Positions 1 to 11,330 of a stretch of DNA of 64,000 bases are shown here, one piece after another (the first letter of the stretch is position 1; every line of letters starts with the position of its first letter). The position numbers and the translations under genes were made by a program. This DNA comes from Leptolyngbyaceae cyanobacterium (lineage in GTDB: Bacteria; Cyanobacteriota; Cyanobacteriia; Phormidesmidales; Phormidesmidaceae), in the NCBI GenBank assembly GCA_965263355.1, contig CBDHHL010000032.1, positions 1,792,001-1,856,000 on the forward strand, in the 5' to 3' direction. The notes below the pieces were generated by a model. That model saw only the letters and a program-made list of their open reading frames with translations, was not told where the DNA came from and did not search any database.

Positions 1-616
1 TAAAAGAATCATTGATAGTAAACTTTTAGGAGAAATTCTGACAATTCAGTCTATATTTGGTCATCCTGGACCTGAATTTTGGAGTCCCTCAAGTGAATGG
101 TTTTTTGACCCCAGTAGAGCGAGTGGAGGTGCATTACTAGACTTAGGGAGCCACCAAGTTGACTATCTTAGTTGGTTGACTAATCAGAGAATCAAAGAGG
201 TTTCTGCCTTTACCTCAACATGCAAGAAGGGAATCAAAGTTGAAGATAATGCATTATTACTAGCTAGGTTTGAAGATGGCCCTATAGGATCTATCTATGC
301 AAGCTGGAGAATTAATCCAAAAGCGGAAAATAGATGTATTCTTTACTGTGAAAATGGAATTCTAGAGATTAATAATAATTCACAAAATCCTTTAAATATT
401 TGTGCTACCTCAGAAATGGGGGGAGTAACAAAAAAGGAGTTTGATTTGGAAGGAATCTCAAAAATTTCAGCATTTAAAAAAATGCTCGATCACTTTATAG
501 AATGTGTCATAAATCAAGAGCAGTCATCGATTACGGGTGAAGATGGTTATCGTTCATTAGAAATCATTTTGGCTGCTTACGAATCAGTTCGAACAAAAAG
601 CGTTATTGCTATCTAA
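1..616 (+). CDS. Gfo/Idh/MocA family oxidoreductase, C-terminal part (5' truncated by window edge)
   Basis: Frame open from base 2: KRIIDSKLLGEI...WFFDPSRASGGALLDLGSHQVDYLSWL, continuing into the 176..616 ORF. GGxLxDxGxH motif and typical C-terminus 'GEDGYRSLEIILAAYES'. Confidence 0.85.
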   Translation, partial: KRIIDSKLLGEILTIQSIFGHPGPEFWSPSSEWFFDPSRASGGALLDLGSHQVDYLSWLTNQRIKEVSAFTSTCKKGIKVEDNALLLARFEDGPIGSIYASWRINPKAENRCILYCENGILEINNNSQNPLNICATSEMGGVTKKEFDLEGISKISAFKKMLDHFIECVINQEQSSITGEDGYRSLEIILAAYESVRTKSVIAI

Positions 617-637
617 CAAGACATTGGGGAGAGTTTG

Positions 638-1729
638 ATGATGATGAGACAGACAATTGTTGAAGGAGTTGGCCACCCCCTCTCACTTAAAGAAGTAGAT
701 ATTCCTAAACCTAAAAGTGGTGAAGTAGCCTTAAAAATTAAGGTTGCAACCATTTGCACTTCGACTGATTTTGATATTATTGCTGGCCTTCATGCTCCCC
801 ATGATTTGGCAATTCAAGGTATGTTGCCTCACGATGTAAGAGTTCATTTGGGTGAAGAGAGTGACTTATACCCTAAAAATATTTTTCCTGAAAAGCCTTT
901 TCCCTCACCAATGGGGCATGAAGCCGTAGGAGAAATTATTGAACTTAGTCCAGATGCAAATGACGCAGATAGGTTGGTTTTTCCAGGAGAGAAACTTGCC
1001 TTGGGTGATCGGGTCACCACCTATAAAATACCGGCAGCGTATAGTGATTACTCATGCTTAGGCTCACACAATGTAGCTAAAGTTCCTGACAGTATGAGTG
1101 ATGAAGAGGCGTCTCTCATCGAACCTTTGATAATTAACTACAATTGCGTAAAAAGGTGTTTTGATTATGCTGAACAACGCACAGTTGCTATCCTAGGTCA
1201 AGGTTGCCAAGGGTTATTCTCCACACAAATCGCAAAAGCCCTAGGTGCCCAAACAGTTATAGTGACAGATCCCCTAGATTACAGAAGAGATTTAGCACTG
1301 CAATGTGGAGCAGATATTGCCCTGAATCCTGATGAAGTAAATGTTGTTCATGAGATTGAAAGAATCACCAATGGGAAAGGGGTTGACTTAGCTTTAGAAT
1401 GTGCGGGAGTGCCTGAAACGGTTCAAGTGTTGCCGTATATCACCAAAAGAGGGGGTGTTATCGGCCAAATTGGAGCGATTTGTACACCTGTGGAGTTTGA
1501 ATATGGATATATACATTTCAAACATATCACTGTTATTCCTGTGGATTATGTTCCTAGTTTGCAAATGCTTTCCTCGCAGGTGAGAGAAGTATTTCAACTG
1601 ATTACTTCTAAAAAGATAAATCCAGGCGTTGTGATTACCCATAGATTCCCGTTAGATGATATCAATGAGGCTTTCAATATGTTGCGGGAGACTCGAGATA
1701 AGGTGATTAAAATAGCTGTTACTCCTTAG
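638..1729 (+). CDS. Zinc-binding medium-chain (sugar-alcohol/threonine dehydrogenase-like) dehydrogenase
   Basis: Catalytic Cys region (ICTSTD), GHE motif, Rossmann GQGCQG, 'GKGVDLALECAG', 'ITHRFPLDDINEAF'. Structural-Zn four-Cys lobe absent. Confidence 0.85.
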   Translation: MMMRQTIVEGVGHPLSLKEVDIPKPKSGEVALKIKVATICTSTDFDIIAGLHAPHDLAIQGMLPHDVRVHLGEESDLYPKNIFPEKPFPSPMGHEAVGEIIELSPDANDADRLVFPGEKLALGDRVTTYKIPAAYSDYSCLGSHNVAKVPDSMSDEEASLIEPLIINYNCVKRCFDYAEQRTVAILGQGCQGLFSTQIAKALGAQTVIVTDPLDYRRDLALQCGADIALNPDEVNVVHEIERITNGKGVDLALECAGVPETVQVLPYITKRGGVIGQIGAICTPVEFEYGYIHFKHITVIPVDYVPSLQMLSSQVREVFQLITSKKINPGVVITHRFPLDDINEAFNMLRETRDKVIKIAVTP

Positions 1730-1768
1730 AGGTTACAGTTACTCCCTAGAAGTTATATTTGGGCATTC

Positions 1769-2461
1769 ATGACTGAGCAGATGGGCCTGTTTGGTGGCCA
1801 GCCAGCGCCTGAGGCAGCCACCCTATCCCCCGAAACCTGGGAGCAAATACCCACCAGTGCCAATATTCCGATTCCTCCGAGTACCTATGAGAACTTAGAC
1901 CAGCTGGCACACCATTGCAACCAGTGTCAGCGGTGTGATTTGGCTAGCGATCGCACCAATGTGGTAGTAAGTCGAGGCAATCCGGGGGCCAATTTGTTGA
2001 TCATTGGCGAGGGTCCAGGGCAGCAAGAGGATGAACAGGGTCTTCCCTTCGTTGGTAAGTCAGGGCAGCTGCTGGACAAAATTTTGGCCTCAGTCCGGCT
2101 AGACACCCAAAACGACGTTTACATCTGTAACGTGGTCAAGTGTCGGCCCCCTGGGAATCGCAACCCAACTGCCGGGGAAATTGCAGCCTGTGTGCCCTAC
2201 TTGAGGGAGCAGGTGCGGCTGGTGGATCCTAAAATTATATTGCTGACGGGCAATACGGCTTTAAAGGGTCTACTGGATATTAAGCAAGGTGTTACTAAAG
2301 TACGCGGTCAATGGAGGTCATGGGAAGGACGCCATTGCATGGCCATTTTTCACCCGGCCTATTTACTGCGTAATCCGTCTCGGGAGACGGGTAAACCTAA
2401 ATGGCTGATGTGGCAGGATATTCAGAAAATTCGTAAGAAGTTGGATGAATTAGCTGTATAA
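1769..2461 (+). CDS. Uracil-DNA glycosylase, family 4 (Fe-S)
   Basis: CxxC, GEGPG, PFVG, NVVKCRPPGNR, HPAYLLR motifs. Confidence 0.95.
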   Translation: MTEQMGLFGGQPAPEAATLSPETWEQIPTSANIPIPPSTYENLDQLAHHCNQCQRCDLASDRTNVVVSRGNPGANLLIIGEGPGQQEDEQGLPFVGKSGQLLDKILASVRLDTQNDVYICNVVKCRPPGNRNPTAGEIAACVPYLREQVRLVDPKIILLTGNTALKGLLDIKQGVTKVRGQWRSWEGRHCMAIFHPAYLLRNPSRETGKPKWLMWQDIQKIRKKLDELAV

Positions 2462-2629
2462 AGCCTATTCTCATAATAAATGAGAGCAATTGCTAGGATA
2501 GTTGGGAAATGGCAATCGTTCTGTTTTTTTGTTTGCGCTATGGCAGGACTGGGGCTTGTCCAGTTTTTTTGGCAGCTAGTCAATTTAGTTATGCCTCCTG
2601 GGGGCTGATTATTGATTGGTTTTATCATG

Positions 2630-2753
2630 CAAAAGCTAAAGATTTGGGTTGGTTATTGGTGAAGAGTTGAGGGTAAAGAGTGACTCTTCATCCCTTTAGA
2701 TTCTTTACTCTTTACCCGTCTTACCGGAAATCTTAGGCTTGACAGACCACTAG
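2630..2753. repeat. MITE-like dispersed repeat family A, copy 1 (left end degenerate)
   Basis: Near-identical to 37334..37467; ends ...GAAATCTTAGGCTTGACAGACCACTAG. Confidence 0.75.
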
Positions 2754-2755
2754 AT

Positions 2756-3463
2756 TTACTCACGAAAAATTGCCTTTGCTTTGCAGTCTCTCAGCCACCT
2801 CTGAATAGCTTGCCCCACACTGCCATAGCTACTATCCCGAGGAGGGATCTGTACGTCACCCTCAGCATCAATGGCAGAAAACATAAACACCATTTGCCAA
2901 CCATTTTCATCAGGGGATAAAAATAACCAATGGAAGTGGCTGATTGAGGCAACTTCTAACCCTGAATATTGGCGTTCCAGCGTTGTAAAGAAGAGTTGAC
3001 GCAACTGCTGGCCACTATCCGGTAGTGTAGTATACACCCGGTCTTCAATCGCCAGGGGTACTCGCTCTGGCTGACTGGCTGTGATTACGTAGGCCGGACG
3101 ATAAGCAGTGGGAATGTCGGCTACGCTGCTTTGGAGAATGCGATTAGTGTAACTGGGGATATCTCGGATTAGTAAGTTGGAAAGGGTGTCAAAGTCCTGG
3201 GGGCAGGTGGCTTGGGGACGAATAAACGTGGTTTCAGGTGCTTCTGGTTCTGTAGCGTCGGGTTCGTTGGTAGGGACAGAGGGCGCTGGGGAGCCAGGAG
3301 AAGAAGGTGCAGTTTCAGGTGGAGAAGCAGGCGGAGCAGGGGGAGCAGGGGGGAGTTCTGGTAATTGGGCCAGGCTAGGCGAACTGCTGAGGGCCAAGCT
3401 CAACAATATGCCTATAGGTCCTACGAAATTGTTAGACTTCAGTTTTGGCATCCCAAAAATCAT
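2756..3463 (-). CDS. Hypothetical secreted protein with Pro-rich linker
   Basis: Signal-peptide-like N-terminus, Pro/Ala/Ser-rich segment, globular C-terminal domain (FFTTLERQY...HWLFL). Confidence 0.7.
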   Translation of the reverse strand: MIFGMPKLKSNNFVGPIGILLSLALSSSPSLAQLPELPPAPPAPPASPPETAPSSPGSPAPSVPTNEPDATEPEAPETTFIRPQATCPQDFDTLSNLLIRDIPSYTNRILQSSVADIPTAYRPAYVITASQPERVPLAIEDRVYTTLPDSGQQLRQLFFTTLERQYSGLEVASISHFHWLFLSPDENGWQMVFMFSAIDAEGDVQIPPRDSSYGSVGQAIQRWLRDCKAKAIFRE

Positions 3464-3532
3464 TGCTGCTCACCCATTGTTGCGGCATAGTGGGCAGTGC
3501 CCACCCTACGGTTTCCCATTTCCCATTTCCCG

Positions 3533-4267
3533 CTACCACATTTCATCGCAAATCTGTTGAAATGTGGTGGCTGGATCGCTCGATTGGGTAATGGGGCGGC
3601 CAATGACAAGATAGCTGGCTCCGGCGGCGATGGCTTGGGACGGTGTCATGGTTCGCTGCTGGTCACCCTTGGGGGAACCAGCAGGTCTAACGCCAGGACA
3701 GACTAACAAAAAATCATCACCGCAGACACGACGGAGAGTTTCGGCTTCTTGGGGGGAACAAACAACGCCGCTGAGACCACTATCTTGGGCTAATAGGGCC
3801 ATTTGCAGGGCGTAGTCTTCTATCTCTAGGGAGACTTTGAGTTCAAAGGCCAGACCACGGGGATTAATGCTGGTGAGTAGGGTAACGGCAATCAGGTTGG
3901 GGGGAGCCCAGCCTGCCGCTGTGGCACCTTCTAGGGCGGCAGCCTGGGCGGCTTGCAGGGCCGCTTTACCCGCTGGGGCATGGACGGTGATCAGGTCAAC
4001 ACCGTAGCGACCGGCGGCACGACAGGCTCCGGCCATAGTGTTAGGAATGTCGTGGAATTTAAGGTCTAAAAAAATCCGTTTTTGCCGCTGTTTTAGATGT
4101 TCTAAAATGGCAGGCCCAGCACTGACAAATAGCTCCAGCCCCACTTTCCAAAAGGTAACGTTGGGCAGGGTGTCGAGCAAGGCGATCGCATCTTCCATCG
4201 TCGGCACATCCAACGGCACAATAATCCGCTCAGTTGCTGATTTTGCCATGCCTAATTTTGGAGCCAT
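3533..4267 (-). CDS. pyrF: Orotidine-5'-phosphate decarboxylase
   Basis: [39 protein letters not shown] motifs. ATG overlaps the tyrS stop (TGATG). Confidence 0.97.
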   Translation of the reverse strand: MAPKLGMAKSATERIIVPLDVPTMEDAIALLDTLPNVTFWKVGLELFVSAGPAILEHLKQRQKRIFLDLKFHDIPNTMAGACRAAGRYGVDLITVHAPAGKAALQAAQAAALEGATAAGWAPPNLIAVTLLTSINPRGLAFELKVSLEIEDYALQMALLAQDSGLSGVVCSPQEAETLRRVCGDDFLLVCPGVRPAGSPKGDQQRTMTPSQAIAAGASYLVIGRPITQSSDPATTFQQICDEMW

Positions 4268-5508
4268 CACACCACCAACCGGACAAACTTTTTCTTGCCT
4301 ACCTGGAGCACCTTACCTGCGATCGCATCAGGTTCACTAAACTCCAGATTGGGGTCGGTCACTTTCTCACCATCGAGTTTCACCGCCCCACCCTTAATTT
4401 GACGTCGGGCATCACTACTGCTGCTACACAGGGGGGTAGCCCCCAGAAGATAAAAAATCTTAGCGGGAAAGTTCACAGTAGAGAGGGAAAATTCAGGCAC
4501 CGCTTCAGCCTCGCCAGAGCCTCCCTGCACCAGGCTAATGGCATCTTTTTGCGCCTGCTGAGCCGCATCGTCTCCATGGAATTGGGCCGTAACATCCAAA
4601 GCCAGCTGCTTTTGCGCGTCTCGCGGATTATCAGGCAAGGTATCCAAAGACCGTTTAGTCAACAGTTCAAAGTACTCTGAAATCAGAGCATCTGGCACCT
4701 TTTCCAGTTTGGAATACATCGACAGCGGATCTTCCTGAAGACCCACATAATTGCCCAGGGATTTGGACATTTTTTGGCTACCATCGGTGCCCAATAACAG
4801 CGGCAGCATCATGCCAAACTGCGGTGTCAGACCAAAATGACGCTGCAAGTCGCGTCCTACCGCCACATTAAATTTCTGGTCAGTGCCCCCCAGTTCCACA
4901 TCAGCCTTGAGGGCCACCGAGTCAAACCCTTGCATCAATGGATATAAAAACTCATGGAGATAAACCGGATTGCCCTGCTCATAGCGTTTAGCAAATCCCT
5001 CCTTGGCCAGCATTTGACCGACGGTCATCGTGCCAAGAAGCTCCAGGATTTTGCCCAGATCCAGCTCCGATAGCCATTCCGAGTTGTAACGAATTTCCAA
5101 CCGACCAGGGGTATCAAAATCTAAAATGGGCCGCACCTGTTCAATGTAGGTTTGAGCATTGGCCTGGACTTCGGCTTCGGTAAGCTGTTTACGCACTTCT
5201 GACTTACCTGTCGGGTCGCCAATCCGGGCGGTAAAGTCCCCGATTAATAAAACCGCTGTATGGCCAGCATCCTGAAATGCCCGCAGTTTTCTTACTGGAA
5301 TACTATGGCCCAAATGAATTTCTGAACCCGTCGGGTCAATGCCGAGTTTGATCCGCAGAGGCCGATCAGTCTGCTGTAGCCTTGTCAGTAGACTTTCGTC
5401 AGGGTCGCTGGACTCAGGCTGGTGGGGAAATACCTCACTGACACCGCGATAAATCCCCTGAAACTCATCAGGGATAACGGGCATTACAAAGTCGGAAGCC
5501 TCGGTCAT
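4267..5508 (-). CDS. tyrS: Tyrosine--tRNA ligase
   Basis: [22 protein letters not shown] motifs and C-terminal S4 domain. Start moved to the MTEASDF ATG. Confidence 0.97.
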   Translation of the reverse strand: MTEASDFVMPVIPDEFQGIYRGVSEVFPHQPESSDPDESLLTRLQQTDRPLRIKLGIDPTGSEIHLGHSIPVRKLRAFQDAGHTAVLLIGDFTARIGDPTGKSEVRKQLTEAEVQANAQTYIEQVRPILDFDTPGRLEIRYNSEWLSELDLGKILELLGTMTVGQMLAKEGFAKRYEQGNPVYLHEFLYPLMQGFDSVALKADVELGGTDQKFNVAVGRDLQRHFGLTPQFGMMLPLLLGTDGSQKMSKSLGNYVGLQEDPLSMYSKLEKVPDALISEYFELLTKRSLDTLPDNPRDAQKQLALDVTAQFHGDDAAQQAQKDAISLVQGGSGEAEAVPEFSLSTVNFPAKIFYLLGATPLCSSSSDARRQIKGGAVKLDGEKVTDPNLEFSEPDAIAGKVLQVGKKKFVRLVV

Positions 5509-6115
5509 AGTGGATTGAAGTCGACAACAAGTAGCCTGGGTGTCGAGGAGTAGATAAATTGCTTCACCGTTACCCCAAAAGCAGGTAAGACAATGCATAG
5601 GTTATCAAGATCCTGGACGTTATAAAATCCTCGATCCTAAGTTTGCAAATTTTCCTAGACATTGAACTGATATCCACTATAGTGGCGAGTAATTGTCCTT
5701 AAGCAGAGAAGTTTAGTACCTGTCTAAGGTACGGATCGAGTTTTAATGGGGCCTATTCACCCAAGCTTCTGTAGATCATAGGGACGCCATCAGCTCGATC
5801 CGCTTGCCGCCCATTAGCCGCCCATTAGCCGCACACCATTGTACTGGCCAATGGATCAGCTGAAACATTCCCAGTAGAATGCGTCTGTACAAACAGGTAT
5901 CATGTGTCCGAATCAAATGCTTTAGAGGGACATTTTTGATAATAATCAGGGCAGACTGAAGCCGGCTGCAAATCCGCGAAACCACCCATGGTTTTTTCGT
6001 AGAAGAAACTTAATATTTCAACTTGGCTATGGTTAGCACCGTTTATTGGCAGTGGACTCTATAATTTATGGCCTATGTAGGCTGCCGTGTATTCCCATAA
6101 GGATTTAACCTATCT

Positions 6116-8038
6116 GTGGCATTTCATACTATTCGTCAAACCCGAATTCCCTTGCAGTTTAGTGGTGAGCCCAAGCTGCTTAAACACATTCAAGATGTGT
6201 TGCAGATTAGCGGGGCCACCTTACTAACAGCAACCATGCTCTGTAGTGCTGTAGCCGCTGGTGGGCTCGTTGGTTTGGCAATTAGCTTTCGCAATTTGCC
6301 GGATGTGCGGGCGCTGCGGAACTATATCCCCACAGAAACCAGCTATATCTACGATATGGATGGCAATCTCCTCGATAGCTTGCACGATGAAGCCAATCGG
6401 GAGGTGGTTGATCTCAATGAAATTTCCCCCCATCTAAAACGGGCGGTGTTGGCGGTCGAAGATAGTGACTTTTATGAGCACAGCGGTATTAATCCCGTTG
6501 GTATTGGTCGGGCATTTATCGCTAACGTCCAGGCAGGTGAAACCACCCAGGGTGGGTCTACCATCACTATGCAGCTAATTAAAAACCTATTTTTAAACCC
6601 GCAGCAGGCCATTAGCCGTAAGGTGGCTGAGGTTGTTTTGTCCCTTCGCCTTGAACAGATTTTCGAGAAAGATGAAATTCTTGAAATGTACCTGAATCAG
6701 GTTTATTGGGGCCACAATACCTATGGTGTTGAAACCGCTGCTCAAAGCTATTTTAATAAGTCATCCAAAGATTTAACCCTGGCCGAATCATCCATGATGG
6801 CGGGGTTGATTAAGGCCCCTGAAGGATTGAGTCCATTTGTTGACTACCAGGCCGCTAAACGGGAACAGTCCCTCGTCCTGGCGCGGATGGAAAAGCTGCG
6901 ATGGATCACAGCCGCCGAAGCTGAGGCCGCTAAACAACAGCCCCTGCGTTTGGGTAAGGTGACATCGTTTATTTCGAGTAAAGCACCCTATGTTACCGAA
7001 GCTGTTGTCCAAGAGCTGCAGGAGCAGTTTGGTCAGGAAGCCGTTCTAAAGGGCGGTATGCGGGTCCAAACTACAATTGATTTTAAGCTGCAAAACCTGG
7101 CTAAACAGACGGTTAAATCGGCCTATATAAATCGGTTTGGGAGTGGTGCGATCGCAGATCAAATTGCTCTAGTCGCCATTGATCCAAGGACCCACTATGT
7201 AAAGGCCATTGTCGGTGGTGTGGACCATGAAAGCAGCCAGTTTAACCGAGCTGTACAGTCCCGGCGTCAGCCTGGATCCGCCTTTAAGCCCTTTGTTTAC
7301 TATTCAGCCTTTGCCTCGGGGCGATATTCTCCTGAAAGTATCGTGGGAGATACACCCGTTACCTATCCAGATGGGTCTGGTTACTATTCTCCCAAAAACT
7401 ACGGCGGCTCCTTTATGGGCAACATGCCCATCCGGCGGGCACTAGAGCTTTCACGGAATATTCCGGCTGTAAAGCTAGGACAGGCCATCGGCATCTCTCG
7501 GGTGATTGATGTAGCCCGTACCCTAGGCATTAAAAGTCCGATGGATCCAGTAATTTCTTTACCACTGGGGTCTGTGGATCTAACCCCCATGGAAATGGCT
7601 GGAGCCTACGCCACCTTTGCTAATAATGGCTGGCATTCCGACCCCACTTTAATTGCTCAGGTGACAGACAGCGACGGCAATGTATTACTAGATAATACGC
7701 CTAAACCACAGCTGGTGTTAGATCCCTGGGCGACGGCAGCATTGACCGATGTTTTACGCGGTGTCATTGAGCGGGGAACAGCCACTAATGCTCGCATTGG
7801 TCGACCGGCTGCGGGTAAGACAGGCACCACTGACTCCCAGCGAGATGTATGGTTTGTGGGCTATGTGCCTCAGCTATCGGTGGCCGTATGGGTGGGCAAT
7901 GATGATTACAGTCCCATGGGACGCAACGCGACGGGTGGAACCTATGCTGCACCAATCTGGCGTGATTATATGGTGCAGGCATTGCGAAATGACCCCGTGC
8001 AAAACTTCCGTCGTCCATCGGAGTTTATACGTCCATAA
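6116..8038 (+). CDS. Class A penicillin-binding protein (PBP1A family)
   Basis: Transglycosylase EDSDFYEH, QGGSTIT, RKVAE; transpeptidase SAFK, SRN, KTGT. Confidence 0.95.
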   Translation: MAFHTIRQTRIPLQFSGEPKLLKHIQDVLQISGATLLTATMLCSAVAAGGLVGLAISFRNLPDVRALRNYIPTETSYIYDMDGNLLDSLHDEANREVVDLNEISPHLKRAVLAVEDSDFYEHSGINPVGIGRAFIANVQAGETTQGGSTITMQLIKNLFLNPQQAISRKVAEVVLSLRLEQIFEKDEILEMYLNQVYWGHNTYGVETAAQSYFNKSSKDLTLAESSMMAGLIKAPEGLSPFVDYQAAKREQSLVLARMEKLRWITAAEAEAAKQQPLRLGKVTSFISSKAPYVTEAVVQELQEQFGQEAVLKGGMRVQTTIDFKLQNLAKQTVKSAYINRFGSGAIADQIALVAIDPRTHYVKAIVGGVDHESSQFNRAVQSRRQPGSAFKPFVYYSAFASGRYSPESIVGDTPVTYPDGSGYYSPKNYGGSFMGNMPIRRALELSRNIPAVKLGQAIGISRVIDVARTLGIKSPMDPVISLPLGSVDLTPMEMAGAYATFANNGWHSDPTLIAQVTDSDGNVLLDNTPKPQLVLDPWATAALTDVLRGVIERGTATNARIGRPAAGKTGTTDSQRDVWFVGYVPQLSVAVWVGNDDYSPMGRNATGGTYAAPIWRDYMVQALRNDPVQNFRRPSEFIRP

Positions 8039-8142
8039 ATACCCGAAAGGATACGTATCGGTAGCAACAATCCCTAGATGGTAAGTAATGCCAATTCTAC
8101 CCTTTGCAACAATCCCTGGACAGTGGGTGAGCAATGCCCACC

Positions 8143-8460
8143 TTACTCTTTGATGTCAGACTTCATGCGATCTAGGGTCATCTGCATCTGGTCAAACATT
8201 TTTTGCGGCGTCATGCCAAATTGACCAAGATGGGTTTTAAGCTGCTCCATGGTTAGCTGAGCAGTAAAATCTTCGGACAGCTCAAATCGCTTCATAAAGA
8301 CACGATATCGATCCATGATGCTCTCCATCTGTTCGATATAGAGCTTTTTGCCATCACGGTCAAATTTGCCATAGTTGCTTCCCAGCTGCATGAGTGCCTG
8401 ATAATCCTGAAAGAGTTTCGTGGCTTCTTGCTGCACGATCTCTGAATCAAAAAAGCTCAT
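8143..8460 (-). CDS. DUF1825 family protein
   Basis: Typical N-terminus FFDSEIVQQEA and 'FMKRFELSED'. Confidence 0.85.
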   Translation of the reverse strand: MSFFDSEIVQQEATKLFQDYQALMQLGSNYGKFDRDGKKLYIEQMESIMDRYRVFMKRFELSEDFTAQLTMEQLKTHLGQFGMTPQKMFDQMQMTLDRMKSDIKE

Positions 8461-8612
8461 ACATGTACTCCCAGGGACTTATTTTCGTTGGCCGTTCGCT
8501 ACTAGTGGACAGTTAAGCCGACTACTCTTTTAGAGTAAAAGCTTGTTTTAATATACGCAAAGGTGAGATATCCCTACCTGGGGGCTAATCTCCCCAAAAT
8601 TTTCCTAAAGCG

Positions 8613-9605
8613 TTAGCCCCCTAGAATTTTTCTGAGCCAGGATTGTTGTTTGGGTTTTGATTTAGACGTTGGCTGCACAGCTTGACTGGTAACCTTACCC
8701 TTCTTAGCTTTAGATGCAGATTGAGCTGCTGCTTGAGACTGCGACTTTTGCTTCTCAGCCATCCGTTTTTCCAACACCTGGCTGTACTTAATGGCGACAG
8801 GATGATTGGGATTGAGTTCTAACACTCGTTTGAGATGGACACGGGCCATACCATAGGACTTTTGCATAAGATAGGCCTGTCCCAACATCGAATGAAGTTC
8901 AATGCCGTTGGGAATTATTTTCAGAGCTTCTCGCAGCTCTTGAATAGCTAGCTCATAATTACCCTGGTTCAGGTAAGTGCGCGCTCGAATGCCATACTTT
9001 TCGGCATAGTTAATAACCGGGGGGGCTGGAGCTTTTGGTTCTTCTGACTTGGTATCTTCTTCTAAAGCAGAGCTAGACTCCACAGCAACTAACCCAGTCC
9101 GTTTAGCCCGAATAGGCTTGCTGATTTTACGATGGAGAAAGGCTAGATTTAGCTGGCTAAGCCCGGATAGAACGATGGCGAACTCAACTGCTGAGTCAAA
9201 TTGCCTGGCCGTTAAATGATTGACTGTATTCTCATAAAAAACCTCAATCTCTGCCTCAGGGATACGCAAGAGCTGTTGCGCACTCTCAAAGGAAGGCTTG
9301 AGCTTGCCTTGACGTTCTAACTGCTTGACTCGAAACCGCATATTTGCCAAAACTTCAGAGCGGCTTTTCTCTTGCTTGAGTCGCTGATAGGCAGGATTAA
9401 TGACCTTCGCAATCAACGGTTCAGATGCTTGATTAATCGGGCCATCATTAGCAGCTTGAACATCGGGATGAAGGAGCTTAGCTACCTGACGATAGCGTTT
9501 AAGAATACGACGGTCTTCAGCATTGAGAGAAAGCCCCAGGGCAGCGTAGGGATCTTTTTCAGCAGCTGTGATCCATTCATCTTGAAATGACTTTGCGTTG
9601 GTCAT
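8613..9605 (-). CDS. J-domain and TPR protein
   Basis: DPYAALGL...LLHPD J domain; C-terminal TPR pair. Confidence 0.85.
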   Translation of the reverse strand: MTNAKSFQDEWITAAEKDPYAALGLSLNAEDRRILKRYRQVAKLLHPDVQAANDGPINQASEPLIAKVINPAYQRLKQEKSRSEVLANMRFRVKQLERQGKLKPSFESAQQLLRIPEAEIEVFYENTVNHLTARQFDSAVEFAIVLSGLSQLNLAFLHRKISKPIRAKRTGLVAVESSSALEEDTKSEEPKAPAPPVINYAEKYGIRARTYLNQGNYELAIQELREALKIIPNGIELHSMLGQAYLMQKSYGMARVHLKRVLELNPNHPVAIKYSQVLEKRMAEKQKSQSQAAAQSASKAKKGKVTSQAVQPTSKSKPKQQSWLRKILGG

Positions 9606-9904
9606 GCAATGGCAGGCTCAGAATTGGCTCACGTACAATTCATAAACAGGATGAGGTGGCTAAATTCCGGCGATTATCAACATAAATTTGTTCATTAGAT
9701 AAAAAAGCACACCTGATACCTAAAATATGCGATGTCTAATTTCTAACCTTAGCTCTCACTCTCAAGAGAGGGGACATAGATTAACTTTACAAAAAGCATA
9801 TTAACTATGCTATCCAGAAAAGCCTACCTACCCAAGGTATAGTTGACTTTCTCAAGTCTAAAGCCTAGATATCTTTAAAGGCTGAGAATACTAAGCTTTG
9901 TCTG

Positions 9905-9965
9905 CGTCCAGAGCTGGAATTTTTCCGTAGAAGAACCTACAGGTTTCAACTCGGACGTAGTTTAG
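9905..9965. repeat. Short dispersed repeat family B, copy 1
   Basis: GTCCA...TTTTTCCGTAGAAGAACCTACAGGTTTCAACTCGGACGTAGTTTAG, similar to 24140..24279 and 28243..28316. Confidence 0.7.
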
Positions 9966-10089
9966 ATACATCATGTTATGTAGATACATATCAAATTCTA
10001 GCTGCTTCCTTACAGAACGGGACATTGGCTATCTTGCGGATTAATTGGGTTAATATGACATATCTCAAAATACGTTTCTAGGACTGCTT

Positions 10090-10497
10090 ATGGATGATAG
10101 GCAGAGAGAGCATCAAAAAAGCAAAAAAATTACAGTTTTTTTGACACTTTTAGGGGCACTACAGCCAACTCCAGTCCCTGTGGCCGGAATACACAAGTTT
10201 TATTTAGGTCAATACGGTTGGGGAGTTATTTATATGCTTCTAGGTGTTACCCAAGTGCCTCGTATTGCCTGCGCAGCTGAAGGTATATGGTATTTGGCTG
10301 AGCCAATGCTAAAGGGGGGGTGGTCAATGCTGTGGTCAATATTGGAACCATCCCCCCCAGTTGCCCCTATCCTTAATCAAACGGTGGAAACGGTAGCTAA
10401 TAGTCTGCGCGAAATTGAGCATTTGCGACAGGAAGGTCTCCTTTCAGAACATGAATTTGAGCAAAAACGACGCAGTTTGCTAAAACAAATCCCGTAA
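10090..10497 (+). CDS. TM2/NINE-domain membrane protein with C-terminal SHOCT-like domain
   Basis: GIHKFYLGQ motif; C-terminal 'LRQEGLLSEHEFEQKRRSLL'. Confidence 0.8.
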   Translation: MDDRQREHQKSKKITVFLTLLGALQPTPVPVAGIHKFYLGQYGWGVIYMLLGVTQVPRIACAAEGIWYLAEPMLKGGWSMLWSILEPSPPVAPILNQTVETVANSLREIEHLRQEGLLSEHEFEQKRRSLLKQIP

Positions 10498-11117
10498 TGA
10501 AATTATCCTTAAACAAACTTGACCTAGCAATGGCCAAAGGGCAAAGCAGGTCTCAAACATGGCGGCGATTGATCGTCAAACAGGCCTTACGAGGCTTGGA
10601 TGCCCTTGAAAGTAGATTAAACCCTCTGCGCAATAAGCTAGCACAGGATAGCTATTATCGATTTCGGTCAATTGATGAGGTCAGATTGGGCATCAAATTG
10701 GGCGTTCACATTGACGCTAATCGCGCAACGGTAGACGATTGGTTAAGATTGCCGGGTATTTCTATCCATCAGGCAAGGGCTCTAGTTGAGCTGAGTCGTT
10801 CAGGCACGTCCCTGACTTGTTGGGAGGATGTAGCAGCTGTTACTGGCATTGGACTTCCCAGCTTGCAGGCACTGGGTAACATTGTGCAATTTTATTATTA
10901 CGACCCGGATAGTGACCTTACGCCCAAACAGCTAAATGTGAACCAAGCCAATGTTAGGGAATTGGCAACAATTCCTATGATTGAACCAGCCTTAGCTGAA
11001 CGGTTGGTTTACTATCGTCAGCGATTTGGTCCCTACAAAGATTGGCTAGACCTAAAGCATCGGCTACAGCTGCCGCCCCAGGTGATCACAGCTTTATTAC
11101 ACTACCTACGATTTTGA
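10497..11117 (+). CDS. ComEA-family helix-hairpin-helix DNA-binding protein
   Basis: IDANRAT..LPGI and LNVNQAN..IPMI HhH repeats; translationally coupled to the upstream gene. Confidence 0.8.
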   Translation: MKLSLNKLDLAMAKGQSRSQTWRRLIVKQALRGLDALESRLNPLRNKLAQDSYYRFRSIDEVRLGIKLGVHIDANRATVDDWLRLPGISIHQARALVELSRSGTSLTCWEDVAAVTGIGLPSLQALGNIVQFYYYDPDSDLTPKQLNVNQANVRELATIPMIEPALAERLVYYRQRFGPYKDWLDLKHRLQLPPQVITALLHYLRF

Positions 11118-11330
11118 AGGGCAGGAGGAGGCTTAGCCTACCGATAGTAAACAGATGCATGTTTTCCATTCGCAATTTCCCAAAGTGACAGCTATATCAA
11201 CTTTTAGTGATGACACTCACACCAATCTTGTCAAAGGCGACGTTTACTTAAGGTATCTGCAAATTCTATAGGAATGTCCTGAGTCTATCCGTGGAATTGA
11301 GTAGATTGAGAGAAGTACAGAGTCGAGACC

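Noticed and set aside
3177..3560. Gly-rich + strand ORF resembling a glycine-rich peptide
   Set aside because: Antisense shadow of the Pro-rich linker in 2756..3463.
5776..5985. 69-aa ORF and 11-bp duplication (GCCGCCCATTA x2) between tyrS and the PBP gene
   Set aside because: No supporting motif; likely divergent promoter region.
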